Of a DNA stretch of 64,000 nt, positions 15,463 through 28,235 are shown piece by piece. Position numbers and translations under genes: made by a program. The first letter of the stretch is position 1; the number at the start of each line of letters is the position of its first letter. The stretch lies in the NCBI GenBank assembly GCA_964016885.1, contig OZ024741.1, forward strand, positions 327,174,001-327,238,000, written 5' to 3'. The notes beneath the pieces were generated by a model. That model saw nothing but the letters and a program-made list of their open reading frames with translations, had not been told where the DNA came from and searched no databases. The DNA comes from Eledone cirrhosa (lineage: Eukaryota).

Positions 15463-15818
15463 AACGAATGAATTGTTGTAAGGAACCAGATGGACTAAAT
15501 TAGAATTTCGACTTTTCATACACTATCCTTAGAATCTGCTATATAAATTTCACTTTCAACGCCTGACTGGCTTTGCCCACTCCCTCATTGTTCTACTGGC
15601 AAGTTCAGCCACCTCTACCTCCCGCCAAATGCCATGATAGATTTATTTGTCTTTACAACAAATTTTGACCAATCCTCTTGACAAATACAATCCTACCATA
15701 TGAGGAAGTACCCCTTGATAAGTTCGGGTATTTATTTACCAGGCTAAAAATTCTAATTTAGTCCAGAAATAGCCGCCGAAACGGCTTCAGCTCTGCCGTC
15801 GGGGTCATACCTTTTCCT
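15463..15818 (+). mobile_element. Family C element between (TA)n arrays, carrying a hammerhead
   Basis: Shares gtaaggaaccagatggac and gaaacggctt..gccgtcggggtc with 28968-29404 and 31093-31278. Confidence 0.7.
15710..15805 (+). ncRNA. Type-I hammerhead with U3-A8 variant core (TTGATAA)
   Basis: acccc-TTGATAA(15715)-gttcgggtattt...aaatagccgcc-GAAA(15778)-cggc-ttcagctct-gccg-TC-ggggt. Confidence 0.72.
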
Positions 15819-15875
15819 ATATATATATATAGAGAGAGAGAGAAAGAAAGAGAGAGAGAACGGGAGAGAGAGACT

Positions 15876-16008
<133 letters not shown>

Positions 16009-16759
16009 CACATTAAGTTCATTGTACTTTGTTATAACGTATTGCCTATGGCAGCTCAGTAAATCAGTATTGGAAATGGTTGTTTATAAACGTTGTGTAG
16101 TTAATGTAAATGTATACAGGTTTATCAAATGATGTATAAATTATAGATGTTATGAAGGAATCTATCACGGTACAAGTGGTTTAACGTTTATAATGATCAG
16201 TATACGACTTTAATGATTTGTATTTGAGACTTGACATCGCGTTGCATCATTGAGCAAAACGCTAATGGCACACGTGTCTGTGGAATGCAAGCTGATTTAA
16301 CGTGCATGCTTTTCTGTTATTCAAATGACTAAAATATTCATGGTTACTACCGATGAATATCCTGGTCAGATATTAAAGATAATTTATAAGTTTAAATAAA
16401 AACGGAGAGTACAGAACGGGAACAATTAGAATAGAAATAAAATCGTGATGGGTAGATGACGGAAGAAATGCAAAGGTAGATAGAGAAAAAAGGGGAGAGG
16501 AAAAATATGTAGAGGAAGACAAAATGCAGGGTTAATTCAGAGGAGTTGAGTATGGTGTGAAAGGAAATAAAATCTTCATATAGAAACGAATATTTATATT
16601 AAAACAATAAGAACGTATACAACAGGTAAAGACCCCGTTTAGGATTTTTCACCTAGAAATTGCCCTTTCGCGGCAAAGGCCTGGGCATGGTGATTTTGTG
16701 AAAAACCAGTTATCAGCCATGTTTTCCAGCCTCACTTCGTTAAGCCACCGATACAACGT

Positions 16760-16870
16760 GGCACCAATGATGTCGCAACTACATCTAAATGTACATGAGC
16801 AACATGAAATAAGATGTGTTGTTCAAAAACACAAGACATTGCCTGATCCGGGTAACTAACGCAGAACCTC
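16760..16870 (-). mobile_element. Decayed SINE fragment of a second (CORE-like) family; a related fragment lies at ~46400-46670
   Basis: gagcaacatgaaataagatgtgttgttcaaaaacacaa resembles ggagcaatatgaaatggaatttgttacccaagggcacaa at 46590. The family label is from recall. Confidence 0.45.
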
Positions 16871-16949
16871 ATGCATGATATTCCGACTCTCTAACCACAA
16901 CACACACAAACACACACACACACCACACACACGCACACACACACACACA

Positions 16950-16987
<38 letters not shown>

Positions 16988-17040
16988 ATGTTTTAACGGT
17001 TTTAAACTCTGTGTATTCATTTCTATATATATATATATAG

Positions 17041-17142
<102 letters not shown>

Positions 17143-17289
17143 CTATATATATATATATATATATGTGAAAATGAAAAACATTGAACTATACATCTCGTAT
17201 ATTGATGGGAAGAGCAAGGGATTGACATTACATGTTTGCTTGCAAACGAATTGAATACTATTATTAATGTTCGAATATTATTATTAATA

Positions 17290-17483
17290 GGCGGTGGATT
17301 GGCAGTATCGGTAGAGGGTCGGACGCCATGCTTTGCAGCAAAGAGTTACGGCCCTTTATGGTCTGAGTTCAAATCCCGTCAAGGTTAAGTTTGCCTTTCA
17401 TCCTTACGGGATCGATAAAATAAAGTTCCAGTAATGCACTGGGATAATTGTTGGCCTTGTGGCAAAAGTAGAAACATTTATTA
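17290..17483 (+). mobile_element. Full-length tRNA-derived SINE (Meta-domain-like body)
   Basis: A-box-like TGGCAGTATCGG at 17300, B box GAGTTCAAATCC at 17365, body ttgcctttcatccttacgggatcgataaaataaagt, (TTA)-like tail. Confidence 0.85.
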
Positions 17484-17549
17484 ATGTTCGATATAACCCA
17501 CTCGTACATGTATATATATATATATATATATGTATATATGTAATGTATG

Positions 17550-17581
<32 letters not shown>

Positions 17582-17620
17582 CATGCATGCATGCATGCAT
17601 GTATGTATGTATGTATGTAT

Positions 17621-20600
17621 GTTCTTCTGGTTTTATAAATTCACAAATGTTTACCAATAGACACAAGACTCTCTCATTGGAATTTACACAACATCAACTA
17701 GGTAGATATGTATGTATGCATGCATGTGTGTGCAGGTATGGATGTTATTGTATGTGTGGATGTGTATGTTTTGAGTTGTATGTGTGCATGTGTATATGCT
17801 TTGTATCTGTACATGTGTATATGCAGTTATTAGATGCAAAACTTTTGGAATGTTTTACATATTTTTACTGTTCCATTAATGGATTGTACTTGTAATTTCC
17901 TAACAAGTTGTGTTCTTTCTGTTCCTGAGAAGCCCAGCTTCTCAAGATTTGTATTGAAGCAGTTACTAACATATCCCAGTGCCCCAATAATCACAGGTAT
18001 AAATCTGAAGGTGTAATCAGGGTGGAGTATCTGCAAATTTCTCATCAGTTGTGCATAAATATTCTCCTTTTCACTAATCTTTGATATTATATTGGCATCT
18101 GCTGGGCAGCTAATTTCCACTACTGTGCATGTTTTCTTCTCCCTGTCCCATATCATAATATCTGGTCTGTTATGCCTGCATTTTATTGGGGTTTTTACTG
18201 GAACATTCCACCAGAACTCTTTCATATTATGTACATGGATATCTTCCACATTGTTGTAGCTTTTAATGTGTTTATTATCGGGGCTATCATTTTTACGAAC
18301 TGCATTGCTCAGTGTTTTGGCCACTACATCATGCCTCATAGGTAGATAGTACCGCGATGTCATCTTTGGACAGCTGCTGATGACATGGGTGTTATTCTCG
18401 ATGTTAGTACTGCAGAGTCTGCACTTGCTATCACATCTAGGTGTTTTGCCTGCATCCCTATCTCTTTTGTGAATCAGGTATTTCGTGCTAATCTCCTGTT
18501 CCTGGATTGCAAAAGCGTATCCTTCAAAGTGTGGCCAATATAGCGGTTGTTGGTCCAAGATAGACTACTTTCCTTATCTATATTACTCTCACTCTGGAGC
18601 TTCCTAGCAACTTATCCATGCATGATTTTTTGTTGATAGGCATGCAGTTTTTCATCCATGGATTCACTGCGATACTGCTGAGCGACATCCCTGGGTGTGA
18701 GTTTTTGATTATCACACAGGGAATATCTCTCAAGGAGTTCCTTCCCAACTCTCATGATCTTATCTGTTTCATGCAGATAGTCTTGCGCGAGAAACGTGAT
18801 CCTACGCTTCGAGGTTCGTAGATGTTGTCGGAGAGATATGATGCGACATTCAAATCTTGTTTGGACTGATGTTAGGTCTCTGCCTCCCTACTTACGTTTC
18901 AAGTAAAGGCGGTCTATGTCACTGTTGAGATGGAAGTTTCCGGTGTTGTTCAGTATTTTTTGAGTTCCAACATCAAATGTTCGGATTTCGTCTATCGCTC
19001 AATTGAGTATTCCAAACGTTGGTGTTAGGACAGGCACAACAAACACATTGTGATGCACTGTTTTGTTTTGCGCAGAGTGTTCCGATGACCAGATCTTTCT
19101 TAATCAGGTGTAGTATTCCCTGGTTACGCGTTCTTTATTACAGATACCATTATAGGATATGTTCTCATCTATCCCCAGGTATCTGTAACAGTCCTCATCA
19201 GATATCGGTGAAACAGATAGACCATTGATGACAATGTTGCTAGATTGTGTTGTTTTTACCCGCTTTACAGTCATGTATAAGCATTTATCTTGCCCAAACT
19301 CCATTCCTATATTCTTTGAGAACGTTGTAACCAGGTCAAGATTTTTCTTCATCCCATCCATATTCTTGGCATAGAGTTTCAGATCGTCCACAAAGAAATT
19401 ATGGGTTAGGTTCGTATTTCTGTCCTCCTGTGAGCCAATGATGTATCCCTCACATTTCTCGAGTAGAAAGGACAGGGGTTTAATGACAAGATGAACAATA
19501 TCACAGAGAGACTGTCCCCCTGAAATATACCCCTGCAATATTTTATTTTATCAGTGAAAATAGAGTCCTCCCTCTCTGTCTTTAACCTTAGGATAGAAGC
19601 CCAAGAAGAAGACAGCCTCTCTATGGCTCTGACAATTATGTCATGGACTTTAGCAAGTTGGAGGGCCTCTATCATCCAAGAGTGGGGAACAGAATCGAAA
19701 GCTTTCCTGTAGTCCAGCCAGACTGTAGCCATATTCCACCTAAGTTGTCGCACCTCCGACATCGCAGTTTTGTTGATTAGGATTTGTTAGCACATCCCCA
19801 AACCAATTTCTTTCCAGCTGCTTGTTCATCTGTGATGATGTTATTATTTTCACAGTGATCTTGGAGGAATAGGTTCAGACAGGCTGTATACCTCTTATAC
19901 ATAATGTTCTGGCATGCAATGGGTTGGTAGTTTTTAGCCAAGTGGGTGTCTTTGTTCTTGGGGACCAGTTACATTTGTGCCAATGTCAACCATTCTGGTA
20001 TAAGTGTATCTCCCTTAATAACTTGTTGGTAGAGGTCAGTAAGATACCTCTGATAGAATATTAGTTTTTTGTGCCAGTAGCCGACAATCATGTCTCTTCC
20101 TGGTGTTTTCTCATCTTGGAGTTTTCCTTTCACAATCTCAAGGGTACCCTCACTTATTTCGTATGTTTTTGTTGTAATGTAGGAGCAATAGTTCTTTCGG
20201 ATTTCTTTTAGCCACACTGCATCTTGGTTGAAATTTTTCTTTTCACCCCCTATTTTTCTCCAAAAGGAATCTATGTCTTTCTGGGATGGGGCCTCAGTGA
20301 CACGTATTATTTTGCCCTTCATATCTCTATAGACTGGTATTTGGTTTCGTCTGAATCTTTTATTAAGCACTTTTCTCTCAGCTACCTTCTTCAGATATCA
20401 GCGTTTTCCGCTAACAGCTCTCAATTCTTGTTTGAGGGTGATCAGCTTATATTGGAGAGTTCTGGTTCTACTGTTACCAAACATCGTCTCTATTTTCTTT
20501 TTCACTCTTTGTTGGTGAGGAGTGAGATTTTTTTGTGTTTGTTTGCATATAATGAGCATTGTCACATGTCCTATGTTTTTTCGTAGATCAGCATTCTTTT

Positions 20601-21606
20601 TTTCTATTTTAGTTGATTTGCCAAAATGTTGGGGTTTTTATCCGTCGTAAATATTCATCCTCTATTTCGTCAATAACACGTAGTATTTAATTATTTAGTT
20701 TTTTATTCACCATTGACATTTTAACACGTTCAACAAGAGAGATATTTCATTATTTGGTTAATTTCTCTCTGGAAGATTTCGTTCAGGGAAATTTTCAATT
20801 GTTTATACTTTTGATTATCATTATCGATAGTATTTTCCACAACAGTCGAGGTAGACTCGGATGGTATATTCGATAATTATTATTATTACTTCGATTATTA
20901 TTATTATCGATAGTGTTTTCCCCAGCATTCGAGGTAGACTTAGATGGTAGAGGTGGTGTAAAGTTTCTTACAGGCATATTTGTTTCAAGGCGCTGTTCAA
21001 CCTGGCTGCTAGGAAGTCTAGTAGCATGGCGACCTGAGCACGTGTTGTTGATTCCATATTTGTTGTGGGGGACGTACAATTAATAATATTTATCTTATTT
21101 TTATGTTCAACAAACGTCGCTTGTTGGCGTAATTGTTTCGCTGTGAAATAATTCAGCTCTGGGTGCATTTCGTCACAGTGTAGCTTCATTCTATTCATAT
21201 AGGCAAAGGGGGGATTGTTTTTTGCCATTTTATAACAATTAAATAAATCATTATTAAGTTCGCAACTCCAAGAGAAATGCGATTTATAATTTCGGTTTCT
21301 TCTGTAGCTACAACTGAATAAAGTTTCATTACATTCCTTGTTATTTTTCTTCGATACTTCCTTAGTTTTTTGTTGATGTTGTGTTCAGCCATGCTGTTTG
21401 TAGCAAATCCTTGTAAAGTGAATTATGTATTTAGTCGGATATCTATACGTTTTCGTATAAAAGGTGTCTTCAGAAGGGATAGTTAGAAGAATAACCAGAT
21501 ATTCAACCTGGCTGTAGTTGCGGCATTACTGTCGGAGATAATATTCATCTTAAATTTAATAAATAGTCTCCCACGTCAAAATATGCGACTGATCGCGTTG
21601 ACTGTC
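17621..21606 (-). mobile_element. Near-full-length decayed non-LTR retrotransposon with restriction-like endonuclease (R4/Dong-like), flanked by (TATG)n
   Basis: RT motifs WLDYRKAFDSVPHSW, GIFQGDSLS, FFVDDLKLY, YRYLG. CCHC knuckle CRLC..HVISSC, RHD motif and RLE motif RPDIMIWD...VVEISCP. Multiple frameshifts and stops. Confidence 0.92.
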
Positions 21607-21693
21607 TATGCATGCATGTATGTATGTATGTATGTATGTATGTATGTATGTATGTATGTATGTATGTATGTATGTATGTATGTATGTATATAT

Positions 21694-22301
21694 GTCAGGT
21701 CACCAGTTGGTGCTACTGGTAACATGTATCCCAGTACAACCTGTCCCATGGTCGGGTCGTTGGCGACTAAACTGGCAACCCCACCAAGGTTTCTTGGTGA
21801 GGAGGGTGACTTTGGACATCCTGCAGGACTAAAATCAGAACCTGTCAAAGGGCAAAGGAACTCTTAAGAGTCAATGGCCATCCAAAATCACCGGGAGAGA
21901 TGACCCCTTAGCCTTTGTCAAGGCAGAATTCTAGGAGAAGGAAAACTCTGATATAACACCTGCAACCCTGATGATATCCAATGATGTTGACTTGTTCTTC
22001 TTTTTGGTAAATATCATCTTGGTTAAGAGAGTGGGAATGGCTTTGTGCAGTGCCTTTGCTCACTATAAAAGCTTCACGGCACAGGCATTGCTTTATATCT
22101 GGAGATCTCTCTGCACTTGTCGTCACATGGTACCATGGGCCCAGCACTATGTGTCAATAATTGTCACAAGTGTAGTGTTTGTACCAAAGTTTTCAAGTCG
22201 CTGGCCGGACTGAAAAGTCACACTCATTCAGCGCATCGGTAGGGGTTCTCCTACATGGATATAAAGTAGTGGCCGTACTCGAAAACGAGTTGGCAGCCAC
22301 C
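21694..22301 (+). mobile_element. 608-bp non-coding retroelement with 3' hairpin and (ATGT)n tail (copy 1)
   Basis: Three copies in the window. LINE-5'UTR-like motif ctaggagaaggaaaactctga. 3' hairpin gtggccgtactcgaaaacgagttggcagccac directly before (atgt)n. Confidence 0.75.
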
Positions 22302-22369
22302 ATGTATGTATGTATGTATGTATGTATGTATGTATGTATGTATGTATGTATGTATGTATGTATGTATGT

Positions 22370-22777
22370 GAGAGAGATGACCCCTTAGCCTTTGTCAAGG
22401 CAGAATTCTAGGAGAAGGAAAATTCTGATATAACACCTGCAACTCTGATGGTATCCAATGATGTTGACTTGTTCTTCTTTTTGGTAAATATCATCTTAGT
22501 TAAGAGAGGGGGACTGGCTTTTTGCAGTGCCTTTGCTCACTATAATAGCTTCGCGGCGCAGGCATTGCTTTATATCTGGAGATCTCTCTGCACTTGTCGT
22601 CACATGGTGCCATGGGCCCAGCACTATGTGTCAATAATTGTCACAAGTGTAATGTTTGTACCAGAATTTTCAAGTCACTGGCTGGACTAAAAGTCACACT
22701 CGTTCAGCGCATCGGTAGGGGTTCTCCTACATGGATATAAAGTAGTGGCCGTACTCGAAAACGAGTTGGCAGCCACC
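22370..22777 (+). mobile_element. 5'-truncated copy 2 of the 608-bp element
   Basis: Starts at gagagatgacccc and keeps the 3' hairpin and tail. Confidence 0.8.
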
Positions 22778-22790
22778 ATGTATGTATGTA

Positions 22791-25477
22791 TCTCTTTCTC
22801 TTAATTTCGAGTATATTTTTTAACCGGCCACCTTCCTAGTGGCAAGGTTGTAAAAGAAAAGAATTGTCATCCCTTGAATCGCAAGAATGTTTTGCAAATT
22901 TTGAAGGTGCCAGCTATCGCAGCCATTTGTAGACTATGAATTAGGGAGCTGCGCTCTTTGTTCGCAAATCCAAGTTCAGTTATATTTTGGTCCAAGCGGG
23001 TTGGTATATAACCCGTAGTTCGAATGATGAAGGGTATGAAGCTAAAGGTGTATCTTGGATACTGGATTTGTAAACTCCTCATCAATGGTCCGTAGATGTC
23101 ATCCTTCTGTATTTTTGTGACAACGTTTACATCAAGTGGGCAGCTGATCTCCACAACAGAACACGTTTTCAATGTGTGGCCCCAAACAACAATATGGGGC
23201 CGGTTGTGCTTTAATTTGGTGGCAGTTTTTATTTTCAGGTTCCACCAGTATTCCTTAGTGCCATCTGTCTTAATATATTCTTCCTCGTTTGTTGTTAATT
23301 TTGTTTTCCGAAGTGCGTTCCAGATGGTTCTAGCTATCCCATCGTGTCTCATGGGGAGGTAGTAGCGAAATGACATTCTTTCGCAACTGGCAACAATGTG
23401 GCTTACATCTTCGATCTTTGTTTTACATTGTCAGCTGATGGCCCTCCTCTTTTGTGCAGTAGATATTTGGTAAGGAGTTCTTGTTCCTGTATTGCATAGA
23501 GATATCCCTCAAGGTGTGATGTCATAAACTTGTCGGAACTCCATGCCAGGCTTTTTGAGTGGTGTATCCCCTCTATGGTCTGTGTTTTACGTCACAAGTA
23601 TCCATGCACAATCTTTTCTGTAAGTTCGTCAATTTTTTTCATCTTGTTTGAACATTGAATAGGATCTTCCGATTTCTCTGGGTGAGAGATTTATATCAGG
23701 CTTTATTCCATATCTCTCCTCCAGATCAATGGCTACCCTAATGGTGTTTTTTTTTTCATGCCCATAGATCTGGGCAAGATGGTTGCCAACAATTTCCTCT
23801 TCTGAAGATGTTGCTTCAGTGTTACTATCCGGGTCTCATATGATGTTAATATGGATTTTAGACCCCGGCCACCTTCCTTGCGTGAGAAGTATAGCCTATC
23901 CACATCACCATTGATGTTAAAGTTCTTGGTAACACTGTGAAGTTTGCGAGTTCTAACATCCATCTCACTTAGTGCTTGCAATGACCAGTTCAGCAGGCCA
24001 AATGTTGGCGTTAGAATTGGCACAGCATAAGTATTGTGGGCAATATTTTGGTTGTACGCCGACAGTTCTGATGACCATATTTTCTTTACTCTTCTGAGGT
24101 ATTCAGTTCTGTTTCTCTCCTTATTTATGGGTCCATCATATCTGACATTCCCATCCTCTCCAAGATATCTGTAGTTGTCCCCTGACTGTAGAGGTTATAT
24201 TGTCAGGCCGTTCATCTCTAAAATTTCTAGACGAGGGCACAGCTCTTCCACGTTTTACTGCCAAATATGCACACTTTTGACTCACCAAATTTCATTTTGA
24301 TGTCTGTTGAAAATTGTGTAATGAGGTCCAATTGTTTCTTGATGTCGTTGATATTTGGCCCATACAACTTCCGGTCATCAACAAAGAAAAGATGGGAGAT
24401 ACTTCTGGACCCACTTCTTTGTCCACCTTGTTTCCTGAGTAGGTAAGATAGTGGATTTAGTGAGAGAACGAAGAGTAGCACCGACAAGCTATCACCCTGA
24501 AAGATGCCCTTCTGGTAATGTATCTTATCAGTCTTAACTTAATCCTTCTCACCTCTAACGATCAAATTGGTGTACCAGTTCTTGGTCAGACGTTCAACAG
24601 CAGCTACCAGTGGTTGTGGGAATTTAGCTAACTCTAAAGACTTAACAATCCACCCATGAGGTACACTATCAAATGCTTTTTGATAGTCCAGCCACACCAC
24701 AGTCATGTTTTTGCGAGCCTTTGTTGTTTTTTCTTGAATCATTTTATTAGTTAGTAGGTGATCTATGCAACCCCACACCTCCCTCTTTCCACCAACTTTC
24801 TCAGATGTTATGATGGTGTTGGTAGTACAGTGGTCCTGTAAGAACAGGTTAAGGCTCCCAGTATATAATTTATACATGATGTTTTGGCAGGCTATTGGGC
24901 GGTAATTTTAGCAAGGGTGGTTTGGCTATTTTGGTGAATGAGGAGAGTAGTGGCAGTTGATAACCATCTGGGCAGTTCTTGTGTGCCTTTAATTGTTTCT
25001 GTAAACAGCCGTATGAGATCTTGCCGATAGAAAGTGAAATTCTTCAACCAGTATCCTGTATTGAGATCTGGGCCTGGTGATTTCCTATTTGACATTTTCT
25101 GTAGAGCTTTTTCCAGTATTGACCCATCTATGTCATATTGGTTTGTCTGGACATGTTGGCAGTAGTCCTGTTCCAGTTCTTTTAGCCACTTAGTTTGTCT
25201 GTTGAATCCGTCATCCGTTTCCCATACAGTTCTCCAGTAGCTCTCAACCTGTTCTTTTGAAGGCGTGTCATTTACAGAGATTGAGCTTTTGCCACCGAAG
25301 CTGCGATAAACTGATTTAGGATGTCTGGCAAACAATCTATTTAGCACTTGTAGTTTATGTGCTGTTGACTTATATTTTAGTCTTTCTGTTGTAGCTGTGA
25401 GTTGTTGTTTCAACTAGTGTAATTTGGAGTTCAAAGTTTTAAATTTTGTATCTCCAAATCGTCTCTCTAATTTTTTT
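22791..25477 (-). mobile_element. Second, diverged, 5'-truncated R4/Dong-like RLE retrotransposon splitting a (TATG)n array
   Basis: WLDYQKAFDSVPHGW, FFVDDRKLY, RLYFSRKEGGRGL, RHD, HNRPHIVVW...VVEISCP. (tatg)n at 22778-22790 and 25478-25500. Confidence 0.9.
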
Positions 25478-25523
25478 ATGTATGTATGTATGTATGTATG
25501 CATGCATTCATGCATTATGTATG

Positions 25524-25574
<51 letters not shown>

Positions 25575-25801
25575 GTGTACGTATCCATATTTACATATAT
25601 ATATATAATTCAAATTAAGTTATATGTATATATATAGGGAGAGAGAGAGAGAGAGAGCAATATATCCGTTTGAGAAATACACAGTATTTTGTACATACAT
25701 AGTATATAAAGCACACAGTATTTGTGAAATTGAAGTAAACATACATCTGAGGAGCTTCCGATCCAGAGTCAGCATCAATAATTAATCGATCGTTCCTCGA
25801 G

Positions 25802-25978
25802 CTGATCAACAGTGAAACATATATGATATGTAATCAAATATGTATAAGATACAACACTGATTCCTTGTTCCCTTATATATATATATATAAGACATAATAA
25901 TGGTATATAAGGGAACAAAGAATCAGTGTTGCATCATATACATATTTAATTACATATTATATATGTTTCACTGATGAT
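25802..25978. repeat. Short fold-back repeat (~75-bp arms)
   Basis: cagtgaaacatata...caacactgattccttgttcccttatata vs tatataagggaacaaagaatcagtgttg...tatatgtttcactg. Confidence 0.7.
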
Positions 25979-25999
25979 ATATATATACAGTATATATAT

Positions 26000-27330
26000 C
26001 AAAAACATTACTCACCAATACCAAATTAATCTCACACTCAGAAACAGAATGACAATTCATCGCCAAAAGTACCTGACCTACTACAAGTCAGACACCATTC
26101 AGTGCACATCTAGACATATGCGTAAGCGATAAGCCACCCAAATTCCAAGTCTTCCAACTTATTCTTGGCGCTGACAATACAACAGTCCAAATACGAATAA
26201 ATAAGGTAAATATGTTTATACAAAAATATAGAGCAGCATTAAATATAGTTTAATATACATTAATATGTTAACACCATAACATGCTCACCATCAAAACAGA
26301 CTCATACATACACACGCACTAACACTAACCCTAACACCCTCTTCTATATTCGAAAATAAAAACCAGAGCTAAATAGTATTTAACATACGTTAATATTCTA
26401 ACACCTTAACATGCTAACCATAACCCCCACACACACATATGACACCCATACACACACACACACATAACTTCCTTCTCCATTTCTACTAATGGAATCATTT
26501 TCCTACACACACACACACAAATCCGCACACAAAGAAAAATAAATATGTTCTACTCTGTCACCACCACCACCACTATTGATACAAACATTCAATTTATTTC
26601 AATAAAAAGTTTGAATTTTGACACCTCAATACATCAGGCATACTCACTGAAACAAAACAATTCTCCCCACACCTTTTTTCTTAACCATTATCTTTTGTTT
26701 GTCACAAATCTCTCTGTGACAAATCATTTGACTTTGAAAACGGCTACAAAGAACCCCAAAATACGAACTGGCGTGAAATTTAATGCACTTATTCACGTGA
26801 CAGTCATAACCAATAAAATTACATTTATAAAAAACATTTTTGAACCACTTTTTAAAGTGAAAATGACAATAAAGAACCATCAAACGCGAACTGGCTCGAA
26901 AACTTGATGTGCTTATTCATGTGACTGTCATCAACCAACTAAATTTCATTTATATATGAAAAAACAATTTGAGCCCCTTTTTTTAAAAGGCAAATACAAT
27001 AAGAACTTTATAACGCGAACTGGCGCGAAATTTATTATACTTATTCACGTGACTGTCATCAACGGACCATATTACTTTTCTAAAAATCCTACCATTTCGA
27101 GCCACTTTATTCCACATAAAACAGAAGTAACATTCGAACGCCAACCAGAATCGAGAAAAACCACAAACCCTCCATCTCAATTCTACTTTTGAAAGGCATA
27201 AGAACTGTGAAACCGGTAAAGGAAACAAACAAATATTCTTAAAAAGATTCCAGTTGCATTTTCGATTTAATTTTTTTCCTTATACTTTCACTCGTGTAGG
27301 ACATCTCGTTATTTTTTTTTTTTCATTAAA
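26000..27330 (+). mobile_element. Decayed PLE GIY-YIG C-terminal remnant followed by a region with three ~125-bp tandem repeats
   Basis: 26036-26160 translates to LRNRMTIHRQK...PFSAHLDIC..PKFQVF, similar to LRQRMTVHKSQ...EHIANC..PNFK at 35805. cgaactggc..aaattt...cttattcacgtgac.gtcat recurs at 26764, 26887 and 27016. Confidence 0.6.
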
Positions 27331-27372
27331 AAAAAACCTCAATTTCTTTTATATATATATATATATATGTTA

Positions 27373-28054
27373 CAATTAAGCGAGAAAAAATTCTCTTTAT
27401 GGGAGTACACACAAGACAGACAATAAATATTCTAAACTCGCTTATATATAGATCACCTACCATGATTTCATAAAGAGATTACTCAATGGTACCACCAGTA
27501 ATTGAAGAATCCGCCATACTCTTCAGTGGGGATAAATTCTTCAAAAGCTAAGAGAAATTGACTAATAAATTATACATACTATTTCATTTGCCGAAGTAGT
27601 ATGCTGGAATAAACACAAGCGTTGTGTTACATGATGAAAAATCTCCCATCGTATTAGGTCGATATGATAGGAATATAATGTTAAATTGCTCCTGAATTTG
27701 TCGAGTTGTACCAGACGGTCTTTTGTTTGCTATTTGTTGTGACATTATTATCCCGTCACATAGTTCTGATATATTAGGAGATTTTTGATCATGCAGCACG
27801 ACGTGTGTTTTGTTCTAGCATGCTGCGTCGGCAAATGAAATAGTATGTATAATTCTTTGGTTTATTTATCTTAATCTTTGAAGAATTAAATTCCCCTGAG
27901 GAGTATGGTGGCTACTTCAATTATTGGTAGTTACAATAAGAATTCTTCCCCATATGAAACTATCGTCGAGATGTAGTATATAGAAGCGAGTTTAGATAAA
28001 ATGTGTTTGTCCATCTTGTTTGTACTTCCATAAATAGAGTTTTTTCTCACTTAA
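27373..28054. mobile_element. Old, diverged fold-back element with a degenerate hammerhead in each arm (27453-27531 minus; 27891-27972 plus)
   Basis: Imperfect arm match (ttatacatactatttcatttgccg / cggcaaatgaaatagtatgtataa). Cores CTGAAGA..GAAA-tcatgg-TA and CTGAGGA-gtatgg..ccatat-GAAA-ctatcg-TC. Confidence 0.65.
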
Positions 28055-28105
28055 ATTTTTTATATAATGTTGTTTCACTGAGATCCCTCTCATTGAAATG
28101 TTAAG

Positions 28106-28136
<31 letters not shown>

Positions 28137-28194
28137 ACACATCCACACATCCACACACATATATATATATATTTGTGTGTGTGTGTGTTTGTAG

Positions 28195-28225
<31 letters not shown>

Positions 28226-28235
<10 letters not shown>

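Noticed and set aside
17290-17380. tRNA gene
   Set aside because: The A and B boxes belong to a multi-copy SINE head, and no cloverleaf can be drawn.
21694-21780. HDV-like ribozyme at the 5' end of the 608-bp element
   Set aside because: Partial pieces are present (ccagt/actgg, acc..ggt, gtcg..cgac, CTAA), but I could not place a P1 helix in the required order. Unresolved without a descriptor search.
25742-25832. Hammerhead candidate CTGAGGA...GAAA-catatatg
   Set aside because: There is no U at position 16.1 (it reads AT), and stem II does not close next to GAAA.
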